A DNA stretch of 64,000 nucleotides from Sphyrna mokarran (lineage: Eukaryota): positions 10,478,001-10,542,000 of the forward strand of contig JAGIQG010000040.1 of NCBI GenBank assembly GCA_024679065.1, given 5' to 3'. The translations under genes and the position numbers were made by a program. Below, piece by piece: positions 36,816 to 49,915 of this stretch; position 1 is the first letter of the stretch, and every line of letters begins with the position of its first letter. A model generated the notes under the pieces. It did no database searches. It was not told the DNA's origin and saw only the letters and a program-made list of their open reading frames with translations.

Positions 36816-38092
36816 TGTTACAATCCCAGTTGATGTTACTATTGGATGGGAAGCTCCCAGATGAAAATTTGACTGGAAATAATGTAGTGTATTCTCCTGT
36901 TTTAGAACAATGGGGGGAATTGAATAATTGGATGGCCAATTAGATTTTAGTAATAGAAGATAAAAACATTTATCAATCATGAAAAAGTTTTCTTTGACAC
37001 AATTTACTATGACAGCCCAACTCTTCAAGACTGTACACAGACTTTAAGGATAACACAGATTGCAAAATAAATCTTTGCTATCATGTACCCTGTAAATGCA
37101 ATCCCTGTAAAACAAAAGGTCATTGTCTTCAGCTACACCCCATTCCAATACCCAGTGGTAGATACCATCCAATCAAATTTCTGTGAATTGCTCCTCAAAA
37201 CCCCACAGATCATTAAAAGCTGTGAGCCAACTGGCCTCTCCAGACTCTCACATAGACACGAGTGTTTCCCATTCCCCACGTTTGAAAAGTCATGTCTTTG
37301 GTAAATTCTACCAAATAACTCTTTGCCTGCTCTACTTTCATCAAGGATCCACTTCCAGAATTTCGCATTTTGTTTTCACTATTCCTCTGTCTTGAATTCC
37401 CATATGAATTCAAGTTTCCATACAAGCTCAGAGGTGTGTCGCCATGCCAATACTGCTTCACTGGCCTCACCAATATTATGATTATATCTGAAAGCTGGCT
37501 GGCCAACTTCACCAGGTCTGTGCAGTTCAGCTCTGCATTTAGCTGGGGTCCTTTGTCTCTGCCCCGTCTTCAACTTTGAGAATCAGTACATAGTTCAGTT
37601 TCGAGTTCCTTTGCCCCCCCAACCACCCCCACCCTCTCAGTTCAGTTGTCCTGGAACGTTTTCATTTCAGTTCCTTGGTTTCCAAAACTATGTGTTTTTT
37701 TATTATCTGGGATTTTTTTTTCTTCTTCTCCTTACTCCACTTATTGTTTCTGCTTTGACAGAGCAGGTGTTTTTTGTCTCATTGCGTATCTCCTAAAGCC
37801 TTGGGCCCAGTTAAACGCCTTCCTAATACAAAGGTGGCTCCTGGTTCCCAAGGAACAGCCTATTCCTACTTTACAGCATTTTATTTTTCATGTCATTAAC
37901 TCCCTCGGCATAATACAGACACCGTTTAAAATGAACGAAAAACCCGAAACACATTTGTTTGATATCAAGCTAACTAGAGTTTTACCCTAACTTATACAGA
38001 AACACTAAACTAAACTCAATTAAATCTATACCTCATTTCTAATATTCAATAATACAATCACAGATTGCAGAAACCACCTCTGCCTCCTGACA
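36816..38092. mobile_element. Solo LTR (or short LTR element) with 4-bp target-site duplication
   Basis: Begins TGTTA (36816) and ends TGACA (38092). Flanked by ATAG on both sides (36812-36815 and 38093-38096). Confidence 0.65.
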
Positions 38093-39099
38093 ATAGTGAT
38101 TCAGAGAAAATCTAAATATCAAGAAGCAAAATTTAAAGTATCAGCCAGGATGTGAAACTCACTGTCATTTTGAATGTTTGGAGCAGCAGGTACTGATACA
38201 TCTATAGGAAAACTTGAAAATATCAGAGGGAGAAGAGATCAGACTGACACAGGGAGCTGGATGGGAAAGATCAATTAGAAAACGGCGGGTTGAGGTTGGT
38301 CTGGAATATTTACACAGACATATCTGTGTAGGTCGAATTGTCTCTTCTTCTGCTGCTGTCCTATAAAAATTATAACTTATAGGAAACTCTGCCCAGAGAC
38401 GCAGGGAAAGAGTCAGTTAATGAGCAGAAAAAAATGAAATAGTCAGAGATCCAGTGAGTCACAGTAAAACCACTGCGGAAACTGAACAGAATGAACACAA
38501 CTGACAACAAGTATGAAATTTTCGGGCATGTTTCCACAACACAAAAAACGCAAACAACAAAAAGTAAATGAAATGCATCTGATTAGAGATTTCAATGTAA
38601 AGTGAAGGAGGGAAAACAATAGACTGACAGAAAATAAATAAATAGATTTAAAAGAAAGGCTTCCAGAAAGTGTTAAATTCAATTAAATGTCTGTACATTT
38701 GGCCACCGTTGTTCGGCATGTTTCTGCCCTGTTGAAGCTGATTAATCACAATCATTTTTGTTGGATCTTGCTGTGCATTGTGATGTGAGCAGTTGGGTTA
38801 CGCTTTGACAAGCATTTCTAGAAATGGATTGCGTCACTGATAATAAAATATTCCCTCAGTTTGTGTCCCAACATGGAACTGGAAGCTGAAATCGAGTATA
38901 TATGGTAGAATCATTTAGCATGGAAGGGTGACATTCGGCCCCTCGGGTAGATGCTGTCCCTTTATAAATGAAATCTAATTCTTCCACAAGCTATGAATAT
39001 TCCTGATAAACCTGTTGTTTTCCTGTTCATGTATGTGATCATTCCTCATTCATAATTGACTGTTAAACCAGCTCTTACTAAGCTGACAGTGTGTTCATA

Positions 39100-39575
39100 A
39101 ATTCACAGAATTTACAGCAAAAAAACAGGCCCTTCTTTCCAAACTGATCCGTGTGCCGATCAAAATGCCCATCTAAGCTCAACCATTCGCCTGCTTTTGG
39201 CCCATACCCTTCTAAAACTTTTCCCTCCATGTGTCAGTCCAAATGTCTTTTAAATGTTGTCAATGTCTATGCCTCAACCACTTCCTCCGGCAGCTCATTA
39301 TACGTATCACCCTTTGTGTAAAAAAAGTTTTCTTCCCTGCAGAGTCCCGTTAATTCCTTCTTGTTCTCGATTCTCAACCCTGGGAATAAAATTGAGTTCA
39401 TTCGCTCTATCAGTGCCTCTTATGATCTTGTACTCTTTTACAAGCTCACCTGTCTGTCTCCTATGCACCAAAGGAAAAAGTCCAATCTCTGCCTGTAACT
39501 CAGTCCCTTGAATCCTGACAACATCCTTGTTAATCTCTTCTGCAATCTCTCCAGTTTAATAACATCGTTACAGAT
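39100..39575 (-). mobile_element. Degraded CR1 LINE 3' fragment
   Basis: KLERLQKRLTRMLSGFKGLSY (ORF 39438 -) and CR1-type 3' UTR. Confidence 0.7.
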
Positions 39576-39775
39576 CATTTGTGCATTTGTGTTTGTTTGC
39601 GCAAAATAGAATATCATCTCATTGTACACTGGTTTATAGAGTAAATGAATCTCGTTCCATTGGAATTAAAATAATAACGACACCGCACAAAACTGAGCTA
39701 CTCCCGCAACTGTCACAATCCCTGGGTAAAAAGTGGTAAGGCCTTAAAAAAAAGTGTTTTTTTTTAATCTGGCAG

Positions 39776-40080
39776 ATTCCCTGGTATCCAAGAATCCGCC
39801 TCTCCAAATCTCTGCTGCCGATGACACGGTTACTTTAAGCTGTGAATATTCAGGAATCTGTCAGTACACAGTGTACTGGTACAGTCAGTCCCCAGGACAG
39901 GGTCTGAAATACTTGCTTCAGAAAGACACTTCCGGACGGAACAATAAAGAAAACGCTGCCGGAGAGAGAATTTCTGCTTCTATCGATTCTGTCGAGAAAA
40001 TCAGCCGGTTAAAGATCTCCGAACTGCAACTAAACGACTCGGCTACCTATTACTGCGGACTGAGTCGGCACAGCCTGAAC
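39776..40080 (+). CDS. Leaderless supporting TCR-delta-type V segment
   Basis: Acceptor ggcag|, phase 1, in frame with the upstream J: DSLVSKNPPLQISAADDTVTLSCEYSGICQYTVYWYSQSPGQGLKYLL...LQLNDSATYYCGLS. Canonical C, W and YYC plus an extra CDR1 Cys. No leader exon seen upstream. Confidence 0.93.
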
Positions 40081-40119
40081 CACGGTAGTTGAATCTCCCT
40101 TAACACCCGTACAATAACC
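40081..40119 (+). other. 23-RSS of the supporting V
   Basis: CACGGTA (40081-40087), 23-nt spacer, ACAATAACC (40111-40119). Confidence 0.85.
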
Positions 40120-40346
40120 TCCCAGCATCACGGGAGAAAACCAAGCTCTCTAAATAACACCCTCCCAACACCACTCCCACCACCATCTTCCATCTCCACC
40201 GAGTGTACACAATTATTTATCCCCCACCCTCTTCCCCCGTTCCCCACCCCACCCCATCCACCCATTCCCGGTGCTGGGACACGGCAGAAGGACAGAGAGA
40301 GGTGGACAAGATCACAACAGATCTGGTTATGGAATCAAACAGCGTG

Positions 40347-40407
40347 TAACATGGAGAGACTAGAAAGCTCATCTTTGGCAATGGAAGCAGGCTGATTGTG
40401 GAACCCA
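40347..40407 (+). CDS. TCR-delta-type J segment 1
   Basis: HGETRKLIFGNGSRLIVEP with phase-1 donor a|gtaagt. Heptamer CAGCGTG (40340-40346), 12-nt spacer, weak nonamer AGATCTGGT (40319-40327). Confidence 0.9.
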
Positions 40408-40515
40408 GTAAGTAACTAATCCTGGATAATGATTACTCAACATGTTAGTTCCCCTCCGTGACTTCATGGAGCCATACAGTCACTGCGTTATTTCAATTAA
40501 CACTATTTTTATATG

Positions 40516-43500
40516 GAACATAGAACATAGAACATAGAACATTACAGCGCAGAACAGGCCCTTCGGCCTTCGATATTGCGCCGACCAATTAGGAAAAAGC
40601 AATGACCCTCTAACCTAAACCATTCCCTTTTCGTCCATAAACTTATCTACTAACCTCTTAAACGCCACCAAAATTGGCGCATCTACAACTGCAGCAGGCA
40701 GGGCATTCCATACCCTTACCACCCTCTGGGTAAAGAACCTACCTCTGACATCTGTCCTATAACTACCACCCCTTATTTTAAAGCTATGTCCCCTCGTGCT
40801 AGCTTTCTCCATCCGAGGAAAAAGGCTATCACTGTCCACCCTATCTAAACCTCTAATCATCTTATATGTTTCAATAAGGTCTCCTCTTAGCCGCCTTCTT
40901 TCTAACGAAAACAACCTCAAATCCCTCAGCCTTTCTTCATAAGACCTGCCCTCCATACCAGGCAACATCCTGGTAAACCTCCTCTGTCCCCTCTCCAATG
41001 CCTCCACATCTTTCTTATAATGCGGGGACCAGAACTGCACACAATACTCCAAGTGCGGCCGCGCTAGAGTTTTGTACAGTTGCAACATGACGTTGCGGCT
41101 CCGAAATTCAATCCTCCTACCAATAAAAGCTAAGACTCCATATGCCTTCTTAACAACCTCATCGACTTGATTGCCAACTTTCACGGATCTATGCACATAT
41201 ACACCAAGATCCTTCTGTTCTTCAACGCTATTAAGAGTTCTACCATTAGCCCTATACTCTACACATTTGTTATTCCTGCCGAAGTGAATTACCTCACACT
41301 TTTCCGCATTGAACTCCATTTGCCACCTCTCGGCCCAGCTCTGCAACTTGTCCAAGTCTCTGTGCAAACTATAACACTCCGCTTCACTATCTACCACTCC
41401 TCCGACTTTGGTGTCGTCCGCAAATTTACTAATCCATCCTTCAATACCCTCATCCAGATCATTTATAAAGATTACAAACAGCAGGGGTCCCAAAACAGAT
41501 CCCTGAGGTAATCGAACTCCACAATGAATAATTTCCATCAACCACCACCCTCTGTCATCTATCAGCTAGCCAATTCCTAATCCAATTGGCTAAATCACCC
41601 TCCATACATCTGCATTTTCTGCAGAAGCCTTCCATGGGACACCTTATCGAACGCCTTACTAAAGTCCATATATACCACATCAACTGCCTTACCCCCATCC
41701 ACCTCTTTGGTCACTTTTTCAAAAAACTCAATAAGGTTAGTAAGGCACGACCTACCCTTCACAAAACTATGCTGACTATTCCCAATCAATTCATTTCCCT
41801 CTAAATAACTATAAATCCTATCCCTAATAATTCTTTCCAATATTTTGCCCACAACAGAAGTAAGACTCACCGGTCTATAATTCCCAGGAAAGTCCCTATT
41901 TCCCTTCTTGAACAATGGGACCACATTCGCTATCCTCCAGTCTTCCGGCACAATACCAGTAACCAACGACGACCTGAAGATCAGAGCCAGAGGTTCTGCA
42001 ATTGCCTCTCTCGCCTCCCAGAGAATCTTAGGGTAAATCCGTCCGGCCCAGGGGGCTTATCTAACTTCAAACCCTCAAGAATATCTAGCACATCCTCCTT
42101 ATCTACTTCAATACTTTGAAGTTTACAACCCTGTATCCCAGTGTTCTCCACTACTAGATTTGCATCTCCCTGCGTGAATACCGAAGAGAAATATTGGTTC
42201 AGTGCCTCTCTAATCTCTTCAGGCTCCACGCACAACTTCCCACTGCTGTCTCTGACTGGCCCTAATCTTGCCCTAACCAATTTTCTATTCTTAACATATC
42301 TAAAGAAAGCTTTAGGATTCTTCTTGATCCTATCAGCCAAAGTCTTCTCGTGTCCCCTTTTAGCTCTTCTCAACTCACTCTTCAGCTCCCTCCTGGCTAA
42401 TCTATAGCTATCCAGTGCACTAACTGAGCCTTCAAGCCTCATCCTGACATAAGCCTCCTTTTTCCTTTTAACCAGCGAATTAACTTTTTTAGTACACCAT
42501 GGTTCCCTTACTCGACCATTTCCTCCTTGCCTGACAGGGACATACTTATCAAGGACTCGCAGCAGCTGCTCCTCGAATAAGCTCCACATTTCAGATGTTC
42601 CCAGTCCCTGTAGTTTCCTAGTCCAATCTATGCACCCTAATTCTCTCCTTATGGCCTCATAATTACCATTCCCCCAGCTATAACTACTGCCCCCAGCTTC
42701 ATGCCTATCCCTATCCATCACTAAGGTGAACGTAACCGAATTGTGGTCACTATCACCAAAATGTTCACCAACTTCCAAGCCTAACACCTTGTCTGGCTCA
42801 TTGCCCAGCACCAAATCCAATGTAGCCTCACCTCCAGTTGGCTATCTACATACTGAGTCAAAAAACCTTCCTGCACACTTTGTACAAAAACTGACCCCTC
42901 TAACGAGCTAGAGCTATAGCTATTCCAATCAATATTAGTAAAGTTAAAGTCCCCATAACAATTACCCTATTACTTTCATTCCTGTCCAGAATCGACTTTG
43001 CAATCCTTTCCTCTACCTCTCTAGAACTTTTAGGAGGTCTATAAAAGACTCCCAACAGGGTGACCTCTCTTCTTCTGTTTCTAATCTCAGCCCATACTAC
43101 CTCAACAGACAAGTCCTCATCAAACTCCCTTTCTGTCACTGTGATACAGTCTTTGACTAATAATGCCACTCCTCCCCCCCTTCTACCTCCTTCTCTACTC
43201 TGACTGAAGCATTTGAACCCCGGAACCTGCAACAACCATTCCTGTCCTTGCTCTATCCATGTCTCTGAAATGGCCACAACATCGAAGTTCCAGGTACTGA
43301 TCCAAGCTGCAAGTTCCTCCACCTTATTGCGAATACTTCTTGCATTAAAGTATGCGCATTTCAAACCATGCTCTACTCCACCCGTACGCTGCTGTGCTTT
43401 ACAGTTCTCATTTATGACCCCCCCATTCTCGTCCCTCTTAACATCCAAGCTACTCAGGATCCCACCCTCCCTCTGAATCAGTTTAAACCCCCCTGCATAG

Positions 43501-44470
43501 CCTTTGCAAATTTTCCCTCCAAGATATTGGTTCCCCTCTGGTTCGGTTGTAGACCATCTCTCTTGTAGAGGTCCCACCTACCCCAGAATGAGCCCCAATT
43601 GTTCAAGAACCTGAACCCCTCCCTCCTGCACCATCCCCTCAGCCACGAGTTCAAACATTCCCTCTCTCTGTTCTTCTCTAAACTATCCCGTGGCACAGGC
43701 GAGAGTCCAGAGATAACCACTCTGTCGGTTTTGGCCCTAAGCTTCCACCCCAACTCCATAAATTTCTGTTTAATATCCCCTTCCCTTGTCCTACCTACAT
43801 CATGTGTCCCTACATGAACTATGACTTGGGGCTGACTCCCCTCTCCCTTAAGAATCTTGAAAACCCGCTCTGAGACGTCCTGGACCCCGGCCCCTGGTAG
43901 GCGACACACCAGCCCTGAGTCCCGTTTATTACTATTTACTCTTCTATCTGTCCCCCTAACTATGGAGTCTCCAATTACCAGGCCCAATCTCTTATTTCCC
44001 CTACCCACCTGAGCCTTCCCAGCAGACTCACCCCCAGAGACCTGCTCTCTTTGGCTATCCGAGTTGATTCTTCCTGAACTGTAGCCTCCAGGACAGAAAA
44101 CTTATTTTGGAGGGGAACAGCCCCAGGGGATTGTCTCCCCGATTGCTTCTTACCCCTCTTCCTAATAGTTACCCAAGAATCTCTTTTAGGAGTGACTATC
44201 TCTTTGTAACTCCTGTCAATATCAGCCTCAACCTCCCGAATTATCCGGAGTTCCTCTAATTCCAGCTCCAGCTCCTTAACATGATCCTCAAGGAGCTGCA
44301 AATGGGCACACTTCCTGCAGGTATGTTCAGCAGGAACACTACTGGTGTCCCTCACCTCGTACATACCGCAGGGGGTGCAACGTACTGCCTGCACTGCCAT
44401 CCCTGATACTTTAATTTCTAGGAGAAAAAAAAACTTCCCACACACGGGGGAAGCACACGGGGAAACGGGT
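40516..44470 (-). mobile_element. Near full-length CR1-clade LINE (ORF1: zinc finger, leucine zipper, SGNH esterase; ORF2: APE endonuclease and RT), frameshifted
   Basis: ORF1 motifs CTPC..CRKC, LELELEEL, GDSIVRG, HVGTHD. APE motifs YFNARS..ISETW..YRPP. RT motifs [21 protein letters not shown]. (gttctat)n tail at 40516-40540. Split over six ORFs. Confidence 0.95.
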
Positions 44471-45744
44471 GAGCAGTTCTCATTGGGAATCCAAAGAACA
44501 GCTTCACTGGGCATTGAGATAGAGCAGATGAGAGCTTTATTTCCACAATTCAAGATTGTTTCCTTAAAACATTTAACTGGCCTTTATCATAAAACCCACC
44601 TGATAGCTGGCAAGGAGATGTATTGATGAAATTGTTGTTTGTAATGCAATTAAATGAGAATGAGAGATAGAGATAGAGAGAGAGAGAGAGACTCCTGCTC
44701 AGCCACGCCTAATATATAACATGGCTTTCTCAAGCTTTCAGCTCTTCACAAAAAAATCTAGCGTCTTCGTCCAAAAATAGCTATCACTGAAAGCAGAGCA
44801 ATTCTTTCACTGGGCGAAGCGAGGCAATTTGGTTTTTAATTTGTGCTTGGCTGTGCGTATATTTGAAGGATTTTATAAGATCCATTGTCCCTCTCTTGGT
44901 GGTAGATAATTTTTAAGGTTTACTATTCGCATACGATGGCAGTTGTCGAAGCTCCCACTCACATTTATGAACATGCCAGTATCCTTATTTTCAATATTGG
45001 TTGGAATCTGAATAAGTTGCTGCGCTTGTAGATTTCTGCTGGTAACTGTTCACAGTGCTCATTACTATGTCGGTACTTAGAAACTCAACTTTGGGTGCGG
45101 GAACTAACTGAATGTTGTACCAATTAGATGCCAGCTGATTTATCTTTACCCTTCGATGGACATTTCTGGTAAACCCGTGTCTGGCGAATGGTGACAAAAA
45201 GCGAAGGCAATGCTTAAAATTAAAAGCAAACCGTTAGATGGATTAATGCATCATTAGATATTTAATTAGAACGGTAGAGATCCAAAGAATATAAATCAGT
45301 AAATTCGTAGATATCACACAAATTGGTGTTGTGATGAGTAGCGAGGAGGAAAACCTTACATTATAGATCGATATAGAAAGTTTGGTTAAATGGACAGAGA
45401 AGTAGAAAATTGAAAGTGAACCTTTAAAAGTGTAATGTGGTGCATTTTGGCAGGACTAACAGGGCAAGGATATATACAGAAATTAATGAAAACTGCATGG
45501 AAGGGAAGTTAAACTGCTGGCTATGTCTTCAACTTTTTTGAAACAGAGAAAAAACAAATAAAACAAAATACCTAAATGGGGATGGGTTTCAGGGAAATGA
45601 ATAGTTGCATTTCTTCTTTGGAGATCACCTGGCATTATAATTTGAATCCTAATCTATGGTCAAATCACCAAGCAGGTCAAAAACAACCTCTTGCATTACT
45701 GTCAGCACGGGACTAATAGATTTGTGTAGCGTCTGTTATGATTG

Positions 45745-46390
45745 CTCAGACATTGAATACAAGAGTTAGGGCGTTTTGTTGAAGTTGTACAAGGCATTGG
45801 TAAGTTCACACTTGGAATATTGTGTACAATTCTGGTCACCCTATTATCGAAAGGATATAATTAAACGAGAAAGAGTGCAGAAAAGGTTTACTAGGATGTT
45901 ACCGGGACACATGAAGGTTTAAGGCTGGATAGAGCGGGACTGTTTTCTATGGAGTGTACAAGGCTGAGGGCGGTCTTATAGAAGTCCGTAAAATAATGAG
46001 GGACTCAGATCAGCGAGATAGTCAATACATTTTCCCAAAGGTAGGAGAGTCTAAATCTCGGGGTGGAAGGCTGGGCAGGGGAAGGGTGAGGGGGGACATA
46101 ATTTACGGGTAGAGTGGAAAGACACAGAAGTGTCCAGAGAGGCATTTTTTATATATACAGAAGGTGCTGAATGTAACAACTTGCCAGAGGTAGTAGCAGA
46201 GGCGGGTACAATTTTATCTTTTAGAAAGCATTTGGACAGTTACATTGGGTAAGGTGGGTATACAGGGAAATGGGGCAAGTGTGGGCAATTGGGTTTAGCT
46301 TATGGGTTTAAAAAGAAAGTCTGTATGAACAAGTTAGGCCGAAGGGCCTGCTTCCATGCTGTAAATCTCTATGATTCCTTGACTCTATGA
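45745..46390 (+). mobile_element. Degraded CR1 LINE 3' fragment
   Basis: cacttggaatattgtgtacaattctggtcaccc (HLEYCVQFWSP) and ctctatga tail. Confidence 0.8.
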
Positions 46391-47714
46391 TTGTGTCATC
46401 CCCACAACTGAAAGATTGATCCTTGGTACTTGAACAAAACTCACTGTGGAAAGTCGTATGCATCTTCACAAAGTTACATTACAAAGCACTTATATAGCTC
46501 GTCCCTAAATGTGGAAGGCAGTGGGGTGTTGCCTTGTTGAATCTGCTGCACTCATCCACGTGTTGTGTGTATTATTCCATCCTGCTTATAAAACATTTCC
46601 ATTGTGTGGAGAGATTGAGGGGAGTGCGGTGGCCAGTTGTTATTTGAGGTTAGCAAATGCATTAAGATTCTGATCATTCTTCCCCTCAAAGTTCTTTTTT
46701 ACACGATCCCAGTAAATAATGTATTGGCCTGTTACGTTCAAATGGATGGGAAGTGAGAGCGTTTATATTCTTACCTGGATATAACCTGCCCTGGCTATTG
46801 CAGTCAGCAAAATCTGAAATTGAATTCGAACTCACTTAGGAGAGATATATAAATAAATCATATTTCTGCTCATGTGGTTGGGTTTAGTTTTTTTTATCCC
46901 ATTATGTACAGATGTGCTGGCACCAAAACTTTAAAACGTGTCTTTGGCAAATTCATTTCACGACCTAACAAGACGTTTAAAAACGTCAGCTTGGATCTGG
47001 TTGGGACTTAAGTAATTGGCGTTCCTTAAAGATTCTCAAGGACTCTTCCTCATGTGAACTTTGTGTATTCCCTGCCTCTGAATTATTGAGTATGTTTCAT
47101 CAATACTAAATGACACTGCAGTTTCACTCCAATGGAAGGTGCTTTTTATACAGGATATTATGACTTTACTGTGAAGCTGCGGCAGCCAGTTGACAGTTTT
47201 GCCAAGTGAGGACGATTGGAAATTACTGCCATTCTCCTTCATGTCGATTATTTTTTCGCTGTATTGTGTCTGACAACTAGCAAGCGGGCAATGATACAAA
47301 GTATTATATGAAATACAAGTTAAGGCATTCTGTCCGTAAAATGAACTTCAGAAAGATAGATAGATAATGAACTCGTGTCTCAATGTTCAGTTAGACATTC
47401 CGCAGGTGGCAGACCAATCTCTGGGCTTCAGCAATGTGACAGATATTGATGCGTGACTTACCGGTGGACCTTGCATCATGGTGAAGTTATGCAACTGGGG
47501 GGAAGCGATGTCCTGGTCGTATTATCGCAAAATTATTAACCCCGAGACTCAGCGAATATTTGAGGGAACTGGGTTCGAATTCCGTCACGGCAGATTTTGG
47601 AATTTGAATTCAATAATCTGGAATTAAGAATTTACTGGTATCCAGGAAAACGATTGCCGATTCTTGGGGGAAAAAAAAGCTATCTGGTTCCCTCATGTCC
47701 CCTGGGGAAGGAAA

Positions 47715-48800
47715 CATAGGAACATTGAATATGGGAGCAGGAAGAGGGGTTTGGCCTTTCAAGCATGATCTGCCATTTATTATGATCATGATTGAGCATC
47801 CACTCAATAGCCTAAACCCGCTTTCTCTCCATAACCTTTGATCCCATTCGCCCAAGTGCTATATCCAACCGCTTCTTGAATGCATTCAATTTTCTGGCAA
47901 CAACTACTTCCTACTTTCACAGGCTCATCACTTTTTGGGCGAAGAAATGTCTCCTCATCTAATATATCTTGTCCTGTTCGAATTTTATAAGTCTCTATGA
48001 AATCCATTGTCATCCCTTTCAGTAAGTCTCCCGAATATATGAAAGTCAAATCACGCCTCATATCTTCATAGTCTCCTTTATTAAGATTCAGCACAGTAAT
48101 CTCCGAGTCAACTGCTTCACTCTCACCTTGATTAAAAAAAAAAAATTCTCATGTTATGTTCACTAACCCCCAAGGGGTCACACGCAGCTAGATTGGCAAT
48201 TATCACTTTCTCACTACACAGTACCCAGTCCAAGATGGCCTGCTCTCTAGTTAGTCCTTCACATATTGATCAGGGAAACCATCCCGTATCGGATTCAGGA
48301 AATCCTCCTCTACAGCATTGTGCTAATTTGATTTGCTCAATCAATGTGCAGATTAAAATCACCCTTTATCACCGATATTTCCTCATCACATGTATCTCTA
48401 ATTTCGTGTTTAATGTCATTTCCAACATCACCACTGCATTTTCGTTGCCTGTATATGACATTCACTGATATTTTCTGCCCGTTGGTATCTCTCAAATCTA
48501 CTCATATAGATTCCACATTATCAGACCTAATGTCGTTTCTCACCAGTTTGCTAATTTCCTCTTTACCAGCAGTGCCACTCCAAAACCTTTTCCTTTTTGT
48601 CTATTCATCCTAAATATTGAATACTCTGGGACATTCAGTTCACATCCTTGGCAACTCTGCAGCCATGTCTCCGCAATCCCAATTATAGCATGCCCATTTA
48701 CATCTATCTGCAAGATTAATTCATCCACTTTGTTGCAAATGCTCTGTGCATTAAGGCACAGAACCTTTAAGTTTGTCAATTTCACATTGATTGTCTCGTT
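47715..48800 (-). mobile_element. CR1 LINE fragments (3' end joined to an APE fragment)
   Basis: LCLNAQSICNKVDEL...IAETWL (ORF 48540 -). aaacataggaacattgaa tail at ~47715. Confidence 0.75.
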
Positions 48801-49915
48801 CTCAGTATTTTTCTCTATAGCCCTTTACGAGTGTTGTCTTTGGTTTCTCTGCCTATCATGTTTTTAATCCCTTTTCGACCCCTTTTTTTATACTTGTTCC
48901 CTCCTTCCCTGACTCCTTACATAAGTTCCCAACCACCTGGCATATTAGTTTCTTTGCGTGACCTTGTAGTATTGTGAGGTGGTGAAACTGAAAGGAGGCA
49001 ATGCCCCAGTGGTGTTATCCTAGATTATTAATCCGGGAAATCAATCAGTGTTCTGGGGACCCTGCGTTCGAATCCTACCATGGCAGATGGTGGAATTCAA
49101 ATTTAATAATCTGGAATTAAGAATCTACTGCTGACGATGAAAGCAACTGTTGGAAAATCACATCTGGTTTAGGAATGTCCTTTACAGAAAGAAATCTGCC
49201 ATTCTGATCTGACCTGGCCTATATGTGCAATTTGGATGACTCTCAAGGGCAGTTGGGAATGGATAATAAATTCTGGCCAGACAATGGTGCCCATGTCCCA
49301 CGACCAAATAAACATCTCTCTCTCTTTGAAAATAAGTCCGAGTAACTGTTGATGCAACTAAATGTAAACGCATCTTTCAGACTCAACATGTCTGCTTACC
49401 TCTTCGGAATCTAACAGGATTATGAAAATAAGAACAGATAATACTGGTTAAAACCCCAGCAGGTCCGGAAACATCTCAAAGGAGAGAAAGCTTAGCTAAC
49501 AAATTAAGTATTATTCATTGAATTGTATTTATTTTCTACCAGATGTTGAGGCACCACTGGCAAGACCATGTTGCAAATTGCTGTTAAGCCATTTCAGAGA
49601 TTGGCAGAGCAGGAGCGAAGAGCTGAATGGCCTTCCCTTGTTCCCATGGTTCCTAACAAAAGTTCAGAGGCAAAATATCTCTGTTGCAGGGGGAGGACAT
49701 GGATTGCTTTATTTGACCAGTGGCTACCCTGGCTCAGAAATTCTTCACATTGGTAGAATCCTAGAGCATCCAAGGAGGCCTTTCGGCCCACTTAGCCTGT
49801 GATGGTGGGAAGGGATAAGATATGCAATATCTGTTATCTGCAGCGAATCAGTGACTGTTCCAACTTTATCTTTGCCGTGAATTGTCTGAAATCTGAAACA
49901 GCTATCACAATAGAA

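Noticed and set aside
40267-40318. Possible D segment cccggtg-CTGGGA-cacggca between the support V and J1
   Set aside because: No credible nonamer at 12 or 23 nt on either side; the best 3' nonamer-like sequence is 19 nt away.
45051-45090. Perfect heptamer CACAGTG
   Set aside because: No nonamer at 12 or 23 nt and no V or D coding sequence before it.
46442-46490. cactgtg...cacaaag resembling a D segment
   Set aside because: Nonamers are absent at legal spacing.
46889-46975. Weak RSS followed by an FGK-containing frame (possible pseudo-J)
   Set aside because: Lacks the G-x-G-T pattern and a correctly placed splice donor.
47500-49300. tRNA-like B boxes (ggttcgaat) at ~47571, ~49066 and ~8281
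   Set aside because: No cloverleaf; these are heads of tRNA-derived SINEs.
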